A DNA stretch of 63,108 bases, filler included, from Pelomyxa schiedti (lineage: Eukaryota; Protista; Evosea), in NCBI GenBank assembly GCA_020536535.1. It is 7 parts of 7 records of this genome, joined end to end, with 100 filler letters (N's around TTAATTAATTAA, not from the genome) between each part and the next. Parts side by side here need not be neighbours in the genome. Positions count along the whole stretch, not along the records: positions 21,966 to 34,589 come from JAHLWZ010001210.1; positions 34,690 to 50,265 come from JAHLWZ010001157.1; 5 more parts are not named here. One strand, 5' to 3'. The position numbers and the translations under genes were made by a program. Shown in pieces: positions 26,799 to 38,802 of the stretch; position 1 is the stretch's first letter, and each line of letters begins with the position of its first letter. Below the pieces are notes generated by a model, which did not search any database, had not been told where the DNA came from, and saw only the letters and a program-made list of their open reading frames with translations.

Positions 26799-27857
26799 AT
26801 GAGGCGTGCATCGTCAGACGAGCGCGATGTCGTCATCCCCTCCACCACGACCATCGTTTACGATGACGCCATAACCAACTGCTCAACGTCGTTTCCCTCA
26901 AGTGGAGACCATGTGACGATCCAGGCCCACCTGGACCGTGTGCTGCCCCCTGGTGTACTGGACATCGTTGTTTGCTTTCTGCTGTGCCCCCCTTTCGCCT
27001 TGGGCCCCAACGAGAACACCACCACCAACACCCACAGCAACGGCAGGAACTTTCTCAACTTCGCTGTGTGCTCGAGAACGTGCCTTGCTGCGTGCGAGAG
27101 GGCCAGCCTGCAGTTGCAGGCCAGGTCGTTCCTGAGGCCGCACAACACGATCCGCTGCGGCGGCGGTGGCAGTGCAGAGGACGACTTGGCTCTGGTTGTG
27201 ACTCCCCAATCACTGGCAGCCGAGAAGCTCCAAGAGAAGAACCTCAAGGTTCTGAAATCGTATGTGAGGAAGGTGGCGCGCCAAAAGGCATGGCAAGTGA
27301 AGGTGTACGAGGCAATACTCGTTGGCACAGAATATCCCCCGCAGGAGCATATCAGTGAGGGTGGTGTTGTGGTGTCAGAGGAATGCAGGTTCGAGGCCCA
27401 CGCATATGCATTCGGCTGGAAGATTAAGCATACTGGCGTGGGTGAATATGAGTTGAAAGGGGTCCTTTGGTTCTACCCTCTTTGCTCCCTCTCCAGGAGG
27501 GAGAGGGTTTTCGTGTTCTGCAGTGGGAGTGTAACCGAAACCTACACTCCTTATACCTTCAAGTCTGGGTTGGTTGATGTGTGGTACTGTGTTGTCAACA
27601 GTGGATGTATCCCACGTGGAACACCAGAAACAGACCCCCAAGTGTGGATTCAGGTAGCCAGGAAAAACACATACATACCCTGGCGGCCGTACCGTGATGG
27701 AGACTTGCTGAAGGATGAAGCTGGCACCTGTGCAACTTCACCAGGCCCTGATCTCCTGAACCTATGCCGGCTGGCTGGATTCCCTTCTGATAGGTGTGTC
27801 CAATGTCTGGAATGCATTGTGAAGTGCACCGAATGTGAACAACTCACAACCCCATGA
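26799..27857 (+). CDS. Intronless hypothetical protein (~352 aa), tandem copy 2, with a weak F-box-like N-terminal motif and a Cys-rich C-terminus
   Basis: Open frame MRRASSDERD...CEQLTTP*. Contains LDRVLPPGVLDIVVCFL...FLNFAVCSRTC and CVQCLECIVKCTEC. Confidence 0.65.
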   Translation: MRRASSDERDVVIPSTTTIVYDDAITNCSTSFPSSGDHVTIQAHLDRVLPPGVLDIVVCFLLCPPFALGPNENTTTNTHSNGRNFLNFAVCSRTCLAACERASLQLQARSFLRPHNTIRCGGGGSAEDDLALVVTPQSLAAEKLQEKNLKVLKSYVRKVARQKAWQVKVYEAILVGTEYPPQEHISEGGVVVSEECRFEAHAYAFGWKIKHTGVGEYELKGVLWFYPLCSLSRRERVFVFCSGSVTETYTPYTFKSGLVDVWYCVVNSGCIPRGTPETDPQVWIQVARKNTYIPWRPYRDGDLLKDEAGTCATSPGPDLLNLCRLAGFPSDRCVQCLECIVKCTECEQLTTP

Positions 27858-28310
27858 AACAAGGGTTGTTTCAAAGATTTTTTTTNNNNNNNNNNNNNNN
27901 NNNNNNNNNNNNNNNNNNNNNNNNNNNNNNNNNNNNNNNNNNNNNNNNNNNNNNNNNNNNNNNNNNNNNNNNNNNNNNNNNNNNNTGCCGGCTGGCTGGA
28001 TTCCCTTCTGATAGGTGTGTCCAATGTCTGGAATGCATTGTGAAGTGCACCGAATGTGAACAACTCACAACCCCATGAAACAAGGGTTGTTTCAAAGATT
28101 TTTTTTCTTTTCCTCATGTATGTCCGTCTTAGGAGCGCCAAAGCGCCCACTTGGCGCTTTCTGTTCATCATCTCTCAGGCACCACCAGTTATGATTCTGT
28201 CCATATGTTTTTGCCTGTCACCACCTGTATTAGGAATCCCCTACACAGCAATTGTGATTGGTTGAGAGCAAACTCTGTTGATTTCTTCGTTTTTCGCAAA
28301 CCAGCTGGTT

Positions 28311-30639
28311 ATGGGACAGGCGTTGGGTTCGAACGATGAACGGCAGACTGCCGCGCCTCCCAAGTCACCAACAACCACTGCGCCCCCGACACTAATGCCT
28401 GCTCCCGATACCCATAATGGTAGTGATGCCCCGCCAACAGCCACGACCACGACGGTTGCAGCGACGAATGGCGACGGCAACGGCAGCAGTAGCAGCAGCA
28501 CTGGGCTTTTGGTTATGGATGGTGATGGGACGCTGCAGGTGATGGGATCGCCAAATCTGGATGCTTCGGTGTGACGAAATGCCGGCCACCTTGGCATTGA
28601 CTGCTCATTTAGATTGAAAACATTAAACCTGCTGTTATTGCATTTCTTGGGGAGACTCAGGTCGGCAAGTCGTTTCTAACGGATAGAATTTTGACTTTTC
28701 TGCATTATAACGAAGCACTGCCCAGGTAAATAACAAAGAAACTCCCAATCATTGTAACAATCAAAGGCCAATCATAGGGACTGAATCAGTCTCAGTAACC
28801 AAGGGTGTTCACTACTACATCGCTGGGGACACTTTTTTCCTGGACTTGGAAGGTTCGTATGCAGATTTGACACCGAATGAAGTATGGGATGTTGATATTC
28901 AGTTGTCTTGTTTCCTGACTGAAGAAATTGGAATTCACAGGAAGAAATTGTAAACAGAATATATCCCAGAATTGCTTATTCTGTAAGTTCCACAATCGTG
29001 TACATCACTAAAAGTGCTCCGGCAAGTGGGAGACCCCTTCAGAACCTGTTGGAACCTTTAAGGAATGCGGCACTGATTGAATCAAATGTATTCCCCCTTT
29101 AATGTATTTTGTTTTATTTCTATTATTTCTAATATTTCTCCCCAAACATTTTTGCAGGAAGCATACAATAAACCAGATCTTGTGATTGTATACACCTGCA
29201 GTCATTGCCCCAATTTTGATGGAAGACGGTGGAGAGATGATCCAAATTATAAAGAATTACAATCTATGTTCTCTCACGTGCACGGCTTCTGCCTGTGCAA
29301 TGAATTCGAAAACCGGAACACTTTCCAAGAGCAACTACCAACTCTAGTGGTACTTCCTTTCATTACGATTCTAACATAGTATAGTTCTTAATATATTTCG
29401 TGAGCAGGATAGTTTGCGGCACCTCCGGCTCCCATTAGAATCGCACAAGTGGATATACTTATTTCGCGCTGTTGTTGACCATGTTTGTGCTCTTAATAAT
29501 TTCTCCCCGACTCACAAGACACACAGTTCAATATCCAAAGATCAGCACCAATCCCATTGTGCAACATTTATGCCTCACTTCTTGACAACTTGGAACCACC
29601 ACTTCACCGGGTGCAACAATTATTCTTGTCTTGCATTCCAAACCGAGTGTGCACCTATCAGGAGTTTATACAGTGCTGTGATTGGGCCAACCGTGCGCTG
29701 CCAGTGGTCGTTGCGGCCCATTTCCATGGAAGCTTACAAGTATAAGCTGTCCTTCACACTAAAAAAAGGAATTCACTGATAACACCCCCAGGTCACACCA
29801 GATACTGATGATGCCTACTACCGGAAACAATTTAACATCTTGGCTGCCCATCTGAGGCGTTTTACTCCCTGTGCCGCATGCGTTGAACGTGATGGAATTG
29901 TCTACAAGTGTAGTGTCCAGCACCGCTTTCACTCAAATCACAGGCACGAGGCACACAATGGTGTACGAACAGGAAAGAAATGGAAAGGAGAGTTTGTCCC
30001 AGTGGACTTCATTGAAGACAATGCGGAAAGTGAACGCCAAGTGCCAACAACTGCCAAATTAAGAGAGATTCTGGCTAACTCGGTATCCCATTATCTATCT
30101 TTCTTTGTGATGATTGCTGACCCCTCACAACTCACAGGACAATCACAGCCATTGCACGTGGGACAGGGGATCAAATGAGTGGTGTGAACATCAACCGCTA
30201 CCATCTGGTGCTGCAGAGGTGCTGAAACAACTCACAGACATTCGCAAAATGAACATATGGAGAACAATCAAAAATGCTGGAAGAGGAGTGGTGGTAGGAA
30301 CCGCATTAGGGGTGGCCTGTGCTGCACCCATTGCAATCGGGGTTGGCGTTGTGACTATGGGTCTTGGAATTCCTATATCTGTGATCATCTTAGGCAAGAT
30401 TAGTCCACACATGCTCAATTTATCTTTCCTAACAGACACAAATAACAGGTGTTGGTGGCTCACTTGGTGGGACTGTTGGTGGAACTGTAGGGGCTGCTAA
30501 AGCAGATAGAAAACCTGAGGATGTTCAAAAGGCTTTGATGGAGAATGTGTGCCTGTTGGCTTATGTAAAGGGATGGAATGTTGTTACACTAGTTGAGACC
30601 CTGGACCATATAATCTTTGTAAAGATTGAAAATATTTAA
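28311..30639 (+). CDS. GBP/atlastin-like (GB1/RHD3-type) P-loop GTPase with C-terminal glycine-rich hydrophobic segment, multi-exon
   Basis: VIAFLGETQVGKS (G1), SVTKG (G2) and FLDLEG (G3). The late exons give GVVVGTALGVACAAPIAIGVGVVTMGLG...GGSLGGTVGGTVGAA, with an open frame to TAA 30637-30639. Confidence 0.6.
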
Positions 30640-30838
30640 TGCGTGGTTGTTGTCTTGCATTTCGCTCTAATTTTTGTGCGACGCCCTCATTGATGTTGGT
30701 ACCGAGGTGATCAACTTTTGTTGACCATCTAAAGTTCTATTTCTATCGAACAAGGAAGAGATTTTGGATTTTTTTGCTTCGGTCTGTGTCTCACAAAACC
30801 AGTTGAACAGGGGTGTACTTTTAATTTGTATGTGGATG

Positions 30839-33536
30839 CTAGGTTGTGGCCAGTTTATGGAGTTGTAAAACGTGAGTCCATGTTTGCTCTGAGAGGTGCT
30901 CTTCAGCAAAGGACTGTGAGATAAGCCTGATGAAAGAGTGATAATGAATCAACTGAGGGGGGCAACAAGGTACCGGGCCAGTGTGAGGAGTGTGTGCAGG
31001 CTGCTTTCGTTGATTGTGGTCTCTTTCTCACTTCTCACTTGAACAAAGTAATCCTGGATGTAATTGAATGAGTGGGGGTGCGGTTGGGCTTGTTTGTTGT
31101 TTGTGTGGGTTACTTGTATCAGTTTGGAGATTGGTTCCGGTATTGTGAATTCAAGTTCCCGGCACACGGAAATATACACCCGGCATTGCTGAAGAAACTC
31201 TGGTTCTACAAAAAAAAGGTGAGATTTTATCGGCGTTGTGAAACACATACCTTGCAACGGGGGAAGAACCTCCGGGTTGTGCGGAGCCGAGGTTGGCTTC
31301 CAATGAATCTTGAAATCAACCTGAGTTGTGTGACTGAGTCAGACTGGTATGTAGAACAAGAGCAAAAAGAAAAAAATTACTGCTTTGGATAGAATCGAAG
31401 GACCACGTGACACAATGACAACTGGTATGTCCGTCTCAAACTGCAGTGAGTGAAAGCCGAAGGAGTACTCCACGCTCTGTTGGTCCATCAAAGACTGAAG
31501 AGCCTTGACATTTGATATTCCTTTTCGGGAATTTTAATTAATCCTTGACTGCAAATACACTCAAACCTGTTTCATTCAGCTTCCCTGGTTGCAAGCCGGT
31601 CTCATTGAGCAACAGATGGGTGCCATGGGGAAGTTGAAGGGCACCTGTTGCAAGGCGGTTCTCTGTGTAGTCCTTGTGCGGTTGAATGGTAACAGAGTTC
31701 ATGCTTTCTAAAAGAAGGCATGAATTTGATGAACCTCTAAATATGTTATAATACCAACTGTGAGGTCGAAATCACAACATTTTGTCACCAGTGACTTGTA
31801 CAACAGAAGAATGGACTTGATGAGTGAAACCTGCAGCACATCTGGTGGTGAGGGTGTTCCGCAGTTGGCAGTGGTGGGGGAACTTCCCGTCACCTGGAGA
31901 GGAAGTTGGATGTTCAAGGAGCACTTCCCCACAGGGATACCCCTGCTACGTGATTGCCTGTTTGATTTGTTGTTAGTCCAAGAGAGATAGGAAAGAAAGG
32001 GTTACATACACTCTGGCGATCATATTGGCAAGGATATATTCCGCAAGTAACAGATCCCCACCAATAGCATGGGAAATGTAAACAATGAGATTATTTCTGA
32101 TGAACTCGATATTGCTGCGAATGGCACTGACCTGCTCGCCTAATATCACTGTTCAGTAGGGAGCAAAGGAGCGAGCTGAACAGCCAAACCAAAGGAATAA
32201 ATGGAACAAGGTGAAGCCGCCGATGTTGGACTGTGTGGTAATTGCTGGGAAGTAAACAATGGGTGCCCATTTCCAGTGGAAGCGGTCCTTACAGCGATAC
32301 AATGCTGCGTGAGTGAAGTGAGAAAGTTCTTGTAAAGATATTGGAAACTCACAAGCCGTGGAACGAGACTGGTTGGTGGATTATGGGCACGGTGTTCTTC
32401 AGGGAAAAAATCAGCAGAGTCACTATGAGGTGGGTGAAAAAACACTCCACTGAGAAGTGGGAAGGAAAGGAGGAGGAATACTTTTTTGAAATGAGGGGGT
32501 CCATTTCAAGAACCCCAAAGAATTCAAAAACGGAATTGACCTTGAAGTGGTCGTCAGAGCCTTGATATACCTGCAGCACACAAATGTGAAAAGGAAAAAT
32601 TGAAGGCGGGTTATTACACACGTAGACAATGCAGGGTGTCCCTCGGCTGCATGAAGTGTGCGGAAAGTTGCTGAAATACTTGGACACAGGTGGCATGCTC
32701 ACGTCTTGAGTGGCGTACTCCTCACTGCCTATCGCAGCTTCTTCTTCTTCAATCACTGGAGTGTCGTGCTTACCATCACTGCCTGAATTTGCAGTCTCGG
32801 CTGGTGTATGGTGGTATCTGAGCGGCAATTTCAATTTCCGATGATGTTGGTGCGTTGGATCATCTGACGGTTCGGGAGCAGTACGTTTTGCACTGTCTTC
32901 CAAATTTTGGACTCGGCTTGGCATGCCTTCTGAGGGAGGAGGTTCGCGGTGGCGGCTGTGTCCCTACTCAATGAGTTTTTCAAGAATAAACCCCAATGTT
33001 AAAAAAAAAAGTGAATTACCAGTTGAGCTGTGACCCATTCACTTTCACCAGGAATAGGAATGCAATATCTACAGGGGAGGAGTACCTGAGTCAATTCCAA
33101 AGAAAAATCGAAATGATTGAGTACAAAGCTAATCGTTCTTTGAATTGACTGGCTTCGAAATCCTGCAATGCATGTCAGTGAACGGGATGATTAAACTGAG
33201 GCAGCGTGCGAACACACACACCACTTGAGGGTCCGCACTGCTCCCCTCCACCACCGATTCGGGTGCTCTTCCGCCGGTCAACTCTGCATCCAACGCGTTG
33301 GGACTGTAAACTTGCACACCCATAACATCCTGTATCATCCCCCTGAACCTCACAACATCACACCTCTGCGGAACATTACTATCACCTCCAGTGTTCCTAT
33401 AGCTATAGCCAAGTGAAAAAAGGAGGACACAAACAATACAATTTATGGGACAAAATAAGTAGTGGTACTTATAGTAAACTACTCCATATAACCATTCAAA
33501 GAAAGGGCAAAGAAAGAGCGTCGAGGTGGGTGCCAT
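30839..33536 (-). CDS. MCMBP: Mini-chromosome maintenance complex-binding protein, multi-exon; 5' end uncertain (may extend to ~34200)
   Basis: VVRFRGMIQDV, PCIVYV, VNSVFEFFGVL, LQLPHGTHLLLNET and NVKALQSLMDQQSVEYSFGFHSLQFETDIPVVIVSRG match the MCMBP/ETG1 family pattern. Confidence 0.8.
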
Positions 33537-35224
33537 TGTAACTAGTATAGAACAGTAATAGAAATAGAAGACACACGCACGCACGCACGTATACACACGT
33601 ATACATATTCCACCCACCTCGGTGCGTGGCCACCACCACTCGTCGTCGAACAGCAACAGCAGCAGCAGCGGCAGCGGGGCGGGCACCGCGCACCAGAAGC
33701 AGCAACCTCCGCCGCCGCGTCGGACCACCACCACCGCCACCGCCACCAGGGCCTCGTGCAGGTGGGCGCCGCACCCCGCCGCAGCACGTCGTCCACCCAC
33801 GCAACAGACTCCACCCGCTCTCGCTGCTGCTGCTTCTGCCGGCGCACCCCCTCCGCCGCCTCCGCCTCCTCCTCCTGCTGCTCCTCGGGCATCGCCGTCG
33901 TGGCCCTCGCTGCCGCCGCGTAGCGGCTGCTGCTGGTGGCGGTGCCCTTGTTGCTGCTGCTGCTAGCACTCGCGGTCGCAGTCGTAGTAGTAGTAGTAGT
34001 AGTACTCGTAGCGGGGGTGGTTGGTGTTGGCGGTGGTGGTGTTGTTGCGGCGGGGGTGGGGGGCGGAGGTGGTGGTGGGGGTGGGGCGGAGAAGAGTGCG
34101 AGGGAGACGGCGGTGAGGCACCGTGGCACGCTGCCCGCAGCAGCGGCGTACTCCGTGTTGTGGTCGTACTTGTCTTTGCGGGGAAGTGTCCCCAGGGACA
34201 GCATGGCTCGGGGCGGAAACCTGAACCTTATTTTGCTCGATCTGGCAGAGCCCAGTCGAAATTTGACGAACAATGACAAGGTGATGGTTACTTGTGCCGC
34301 AAGGTGTGGAATGAATTACTCTATAAAACCCCTCCCCCTCGCTCCCCCCCCTCCCCCCCGAATAGAAATTAGAAGGAGATGCAAGTTGTTTTCTTTTTTT
34401 GGAGTGTAGGAGGATGAGGTGGAGATGTGAGTTCCGAGTTCCAGGGCACCAGTTCCAACAGTTGAATGTTTCAAGCAACACCACAAGACTTGACTGAGTT
34501 GGCAAGTTCGTACAGTGTGCCGAGGTAGATTGGGTTTGGATAGTGACCACCACACTGTGAGGTGTGCTGGGGTGTTGATGGTTGTTGTTNNNNNNNNNNN
34601 NNNNNNNNNNNNNNNNNNNNNNNNNNNNNNNNNTTAATTAATTAANNNNNNNNNNNNNNNNNNNNNNNNNNNNNNNNNNNNNNNNNNNNTCCCACGTACA
34701 ACAACAAAAGAACCGAATACCAAATAGTAACAGGCATTCGACATTCGACGAATAGTCAAAAAAAATCGAATTTATTCGAAGTACGAATATTCGTCCGCAC
34801 CTTTGGTCTTTACCTGAGGGGACACGTTTTAATATTATGGAAGTTGGAGATGACTCTGATTCTCACGCAATTAACAGGATTTGGTACCTATCATGTGACT
34901 CTTTTCTCCAAAGGGAGTTGAGTGCCCTTCTTTCTGCTCACAAGAGAGGTACCGGGTAGGTTTGTTTTTGTTTGAAGGGCTTGAGAGAGGCAACTTGAAA
35001 TGTAAATCAAGACAATCTTTTTCTTGTGCACTTATTATGGGTGAGTGGGTTGACCTACGGAATACTGGGCATTGTGGGACATTGAGGCTCCGCTGCGCAA
35101 GACAGGGTGGCCTCTCGTGCAGGGTCAGTGTCCCAATTTGGAGCAATCTCCTTAATCCTTAATCGATCAAGAACGAAAGGGTTTTCCGCTGCGTACAACG
35201 CAACTTGTTGCCGGTCGGTTTCAG

Positions 35225-37411
35225 ATGGCGTCGTGTGCGGTAGTGGAGCCACAAATAGCAGTTACAGTAGTTGTGGGAGCTGTGGTCCTGCCGCCTAACC
35301 GTCCGTTTCTTTTTTTTTTCTCCCCTGCGCCCTTGCCGACAGGCAACACACCAATTTTTTGACGTTCCAGTTTAGGCATAATTCTTACCGGAACTCTGCC
35401 GATGATGGGGGCATGGCACGTGGAACAGGGCGTTGTGCTCGGAACGCATCACGGCGGCAATATGTGGTCCTGCAGGGTGATGCTGTCAAAGTCAGACTTG
35501 GGGAGGGCTTTGGTCTTCAAGTTTGTGATGGAGGGCGGCCCGTGTCTTGTGTGGGAGACGTGTGAGAATAGGTGCACGGTCCTGGGCTCGTTGTTTGCTA
35601 CCCTCAGGCCTGCTGAGGTCAGGAAGATTTCGCTTGTGTGCCAGTGGAATAACCCCCACGTCTCCATTGTTGGATTTGACGTGGCAGACGTTGCCGAAAT
35701 TGTGGGAGGAGGAAATTTTGCAACTGTTGCTTCTGCGATGTGTGAGATGATTGAAGTTTTGAACAATGGCAGATCGGTTATTGACTCGACTTTCGGGCAA
35801 ATTTCGAATGCTTTTGTGCAACTTGTATGGAGCCGGATACCCAATTTGCTTTCTTAATTGTTCTTTGAACTTTGCCATTTTCTTTTCTGATATGTTGAAG
35901 ATTGCCAGTGAACCAAATGCTGAAAAGCTGACTCTTGGGCAGTGTACCATTCTTGTGCAGTACTGCAATAAAGAATGGGAAAAGCATAGACCACTCCTCC
36001 CTGACGGAGATTTCGATAAGGCATGCTAGAAAGACCAAATTATGTTATTTTTACTCTTGTAGATAGTCAACAGAATGAACTCTCTTTCATCAATCCACAT
36101 TCCAGCCTTGTCAAATGCGTTTTTAAACGAGGTTCTTACTCTTGATCCTGATTCTATTGTTGCTTTGTGGAGGCAAGCGCAAATTTTGTACTCACAATCC
36201 CGCTTCTCTATTGACAATGGTGATTGGAATGTTTTTGATGAAATGGCGAAGTTATATGTATGTAAATAAGCTCTTCTACAATTTTACAAAAAAAAAAAAA
36301 AAGGAGTCAAAATTCCAAGGAGAGTGGTACCTGTTAAGAACAAATCCTTTGGAAACCATATTATCCCTTTCCGATTTCGGTCTGAAAGAGCTATATGATC
36401 ACCTCTCTCAGCTTTGGAAAGCACATACCCCTGCTGTTCCTGATTTGGTATTGTTCAAGACCTACTATTTCAGATAACTAACTTTGTTGAAAATTTATCA
36501 TGAAGATTTTTGATTTATTCGAAAAGGAGATAGCAGACCGAAACGAACCTATCCAAGTGTACAAACTGTACCATTTTTGAATTTATTTCACATTTGCCAG
36601 CTATCCCTTCCCCACTTACTGGAGTGCTCGCCATGAGAGACTAAGTAATGGGTCCTTGAGCCCCATTGACTTTGTTCCAGTAACTGATGATGCGGAGCGA
36701 GCTTCGATATTAGGAAAGTTCACCTCAACCCTCGGGACAACTGCAATAATTATATCTGTACGTGACCTACAACGAGTTATAACTCATAGTAGCAGGTGCA
36801 TAGGATTCAAAATTATGGTTACTGGCAAGAATATTACAGGCGAGTTCAACGACTTTCCGCGAGATGGGGCTCTTCCAATGAGTTGATACTTTTCCATGGC
36901 TCATTTGCTAGAGTAAGGAATGTGTTGATTTGTACTATGGTTAATTTTACGCAGGAGATGCAAGTTGTAGCTGCTCGTTATGGACACAGTAAAAGGTAGA
37001 ATTCGATACACCCATGGGCACTAATCTGACAGAGGTGTTCAGCATTTGTCCTTGTGGGTCAATAGGGGATGGCATTTACTTTGCGATAAACTCGAACTAC
37101 TCACACAATGGGTATGTGACAAAGAACAGTGATGGATCCAAAGAAATGTTTGTCTGCCGCGTGTCTGTTGGCCATACAACGAAAGGTTTGTCGACTCTTC
37201 CGAGCTGTTTTTCTCCATTCCTCACCGAAGCACAGGTCGGCTTGGACTGAAGTCCCCACCACCCACATGTAACGATTCCCCATCCCCATTCCCTTTTTCC
37301 CACTAATGAAACAAACCATAATTAGTCGATTCTGTTACCAACTACCCCGTCATGTACTGCATATTTGACCAGTTCCAGGCCTACGCCGAGTACGTAATAA
37401 GATACCGATAA
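35225..37411 (+). CDS. CBM20 starch/glycogen-binding domain fused to a C-terminal PARP-type (mono-)ADP-ribosyltransferase domain, multi-exon
   Basis: CBM20 signature ILTGTLPMMGAWHVEQG...WSCRV...FKFVM...VWETCENR. ART signature RIQNYGYWQEY, ELILFHGS, GDGIYFAINSNYSHNGY, MFVCRVSVG and VDSVTNYPVMYCIFDQFQAYAEYVIRY*. Confidence 0.75.
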
Positions 37412-37553
37412 ACAACACGGAAAACAGAACAACAAACTTTTGCTCTGGTTCGTTCAAGCATCCCTTCTTTTTTGCCCACCGCGTAACTCTTCAAGAGAAG
37501 AAGCATCACCGATTCGCGAATATTGTTTGCGTTGGGGCACAGGGCACCGAGGG

Positions 37554-38517
37554 ATGGGGTGGTGGGGAGCATACGCGGGGCTGTACGGGGCGCAGGTGGC
37601 GGGCATGGGGTGCGCGGCGGCGGCGGGGCTGCGGTGGGGCCGGGGGCGCGGGTGGGCGGAGGACGCGGTGGAGTGGTGCACGGCCGCCGCGTGCTTCGTG
37701 GCCTTGGCCTCCGGGGGCTCGCTGCGGGCGCTGTTCGGGTCGGCCAGGTTCGTGGTGGACGGGGGGCCCGCCGAGGGGACGCTGCTGCACACGGGGCCGC
37801 TCCAGGCTATTGCCTTGTTGTCTGTTATGATGGAATTCGGTTTTGAGGTTGGCGGGCTGGGGCACTATCTATCATTTTTGTTTTCTTTCTTTTTTTTTTT
37901 TTTACTTTTGTACTTTGGTTGAATATCCACAATTTACATTCATTGCCTATGCAGGGGCATTGGATAAGAAAATTTGACATGTAGCCAATTTAAATTATTA
38001 GGAGTTAAGAGTTTGAAGAAGTAGTGAAGGATACCAAATTGACATATACCATTTTTCAATTCCACTTATTGTTCTTTGTCAGCTTGGATGCACAAAGCCG
38101 AAACACATGTCTTGGAGTTTCTTGGGACATCACATCATTGGAGCAATGGGATTGATGTTTGTGGTCTCACACCGCATTGGTGGAACACTTATTTTGGGCC
38201 TTTTGCTCGACTGGTCACCGGCTGTAATAGACACTATTGCCTACAGATTTTCAAAACGCTCACATGCCAATAGCCGAGTTGTGTGGGTCATCTACTTCAC
38301 AGTTATGCTCGCAATGAGAGTTTTTGTTTACATCTGGCTTCTGGTGCGTGGAACAGTGCAAGCCTTCACTAGAGCCACATCCTCTCATAACCTTGCTTCT
38401 GGAATCTTCAGCATATTGTTATGTGGCTGGGCCCTCCCTGCTGCAGCATTTTCTTGGTCAGTTGTTAGAGCCACTCTGACTGATGAGTGTCCATTCCGTA
38501 CAAAAAAATCCGACTGA
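37554..38517 (+). CDS. Multi-pass membrane protein, probable TLC (TRAM/LAG1/CLN8) domain
   Basis: Several hydrophobic segments and the TLC-like SFLGHHII motif followed by a late ...MLAMRVFVY helix. Start codon inferred. Confidence 0.5.
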
Positions 38518-38802
38518 TTTGGCATTCAGCTAGGAGTGGCAAAACAAGTGAACCGCACATGCACTCGTAGGCCTTCCTACCAGTGTTCACAGTGTATGTA
38601 GCACAACTACCAAAAAGAAACCTTTGTTTCAAAAGTATAAAAAGATAAAATAGAACTGTTGCAGAAAGTGCTTCCAACGCTCTAATCTTACTTGGCATTT
38701 GACAACAATTGCCTGCTCATGCACCCTTCTTGTGTCCCACTCAATCTGCATCAATCGAAAAAAAAATACCCGAAGGATTGAGAGATCTGGGTTCAGAAAA
38801 AG

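Noticed and set aside
33496-34553. Many overlapping long ORFs on both strands
   Set aside because: This is GC-rich low-complexity sequence with few stops. At most one frame is real, possibly the MCMBP 5' region, and I could not assign it.
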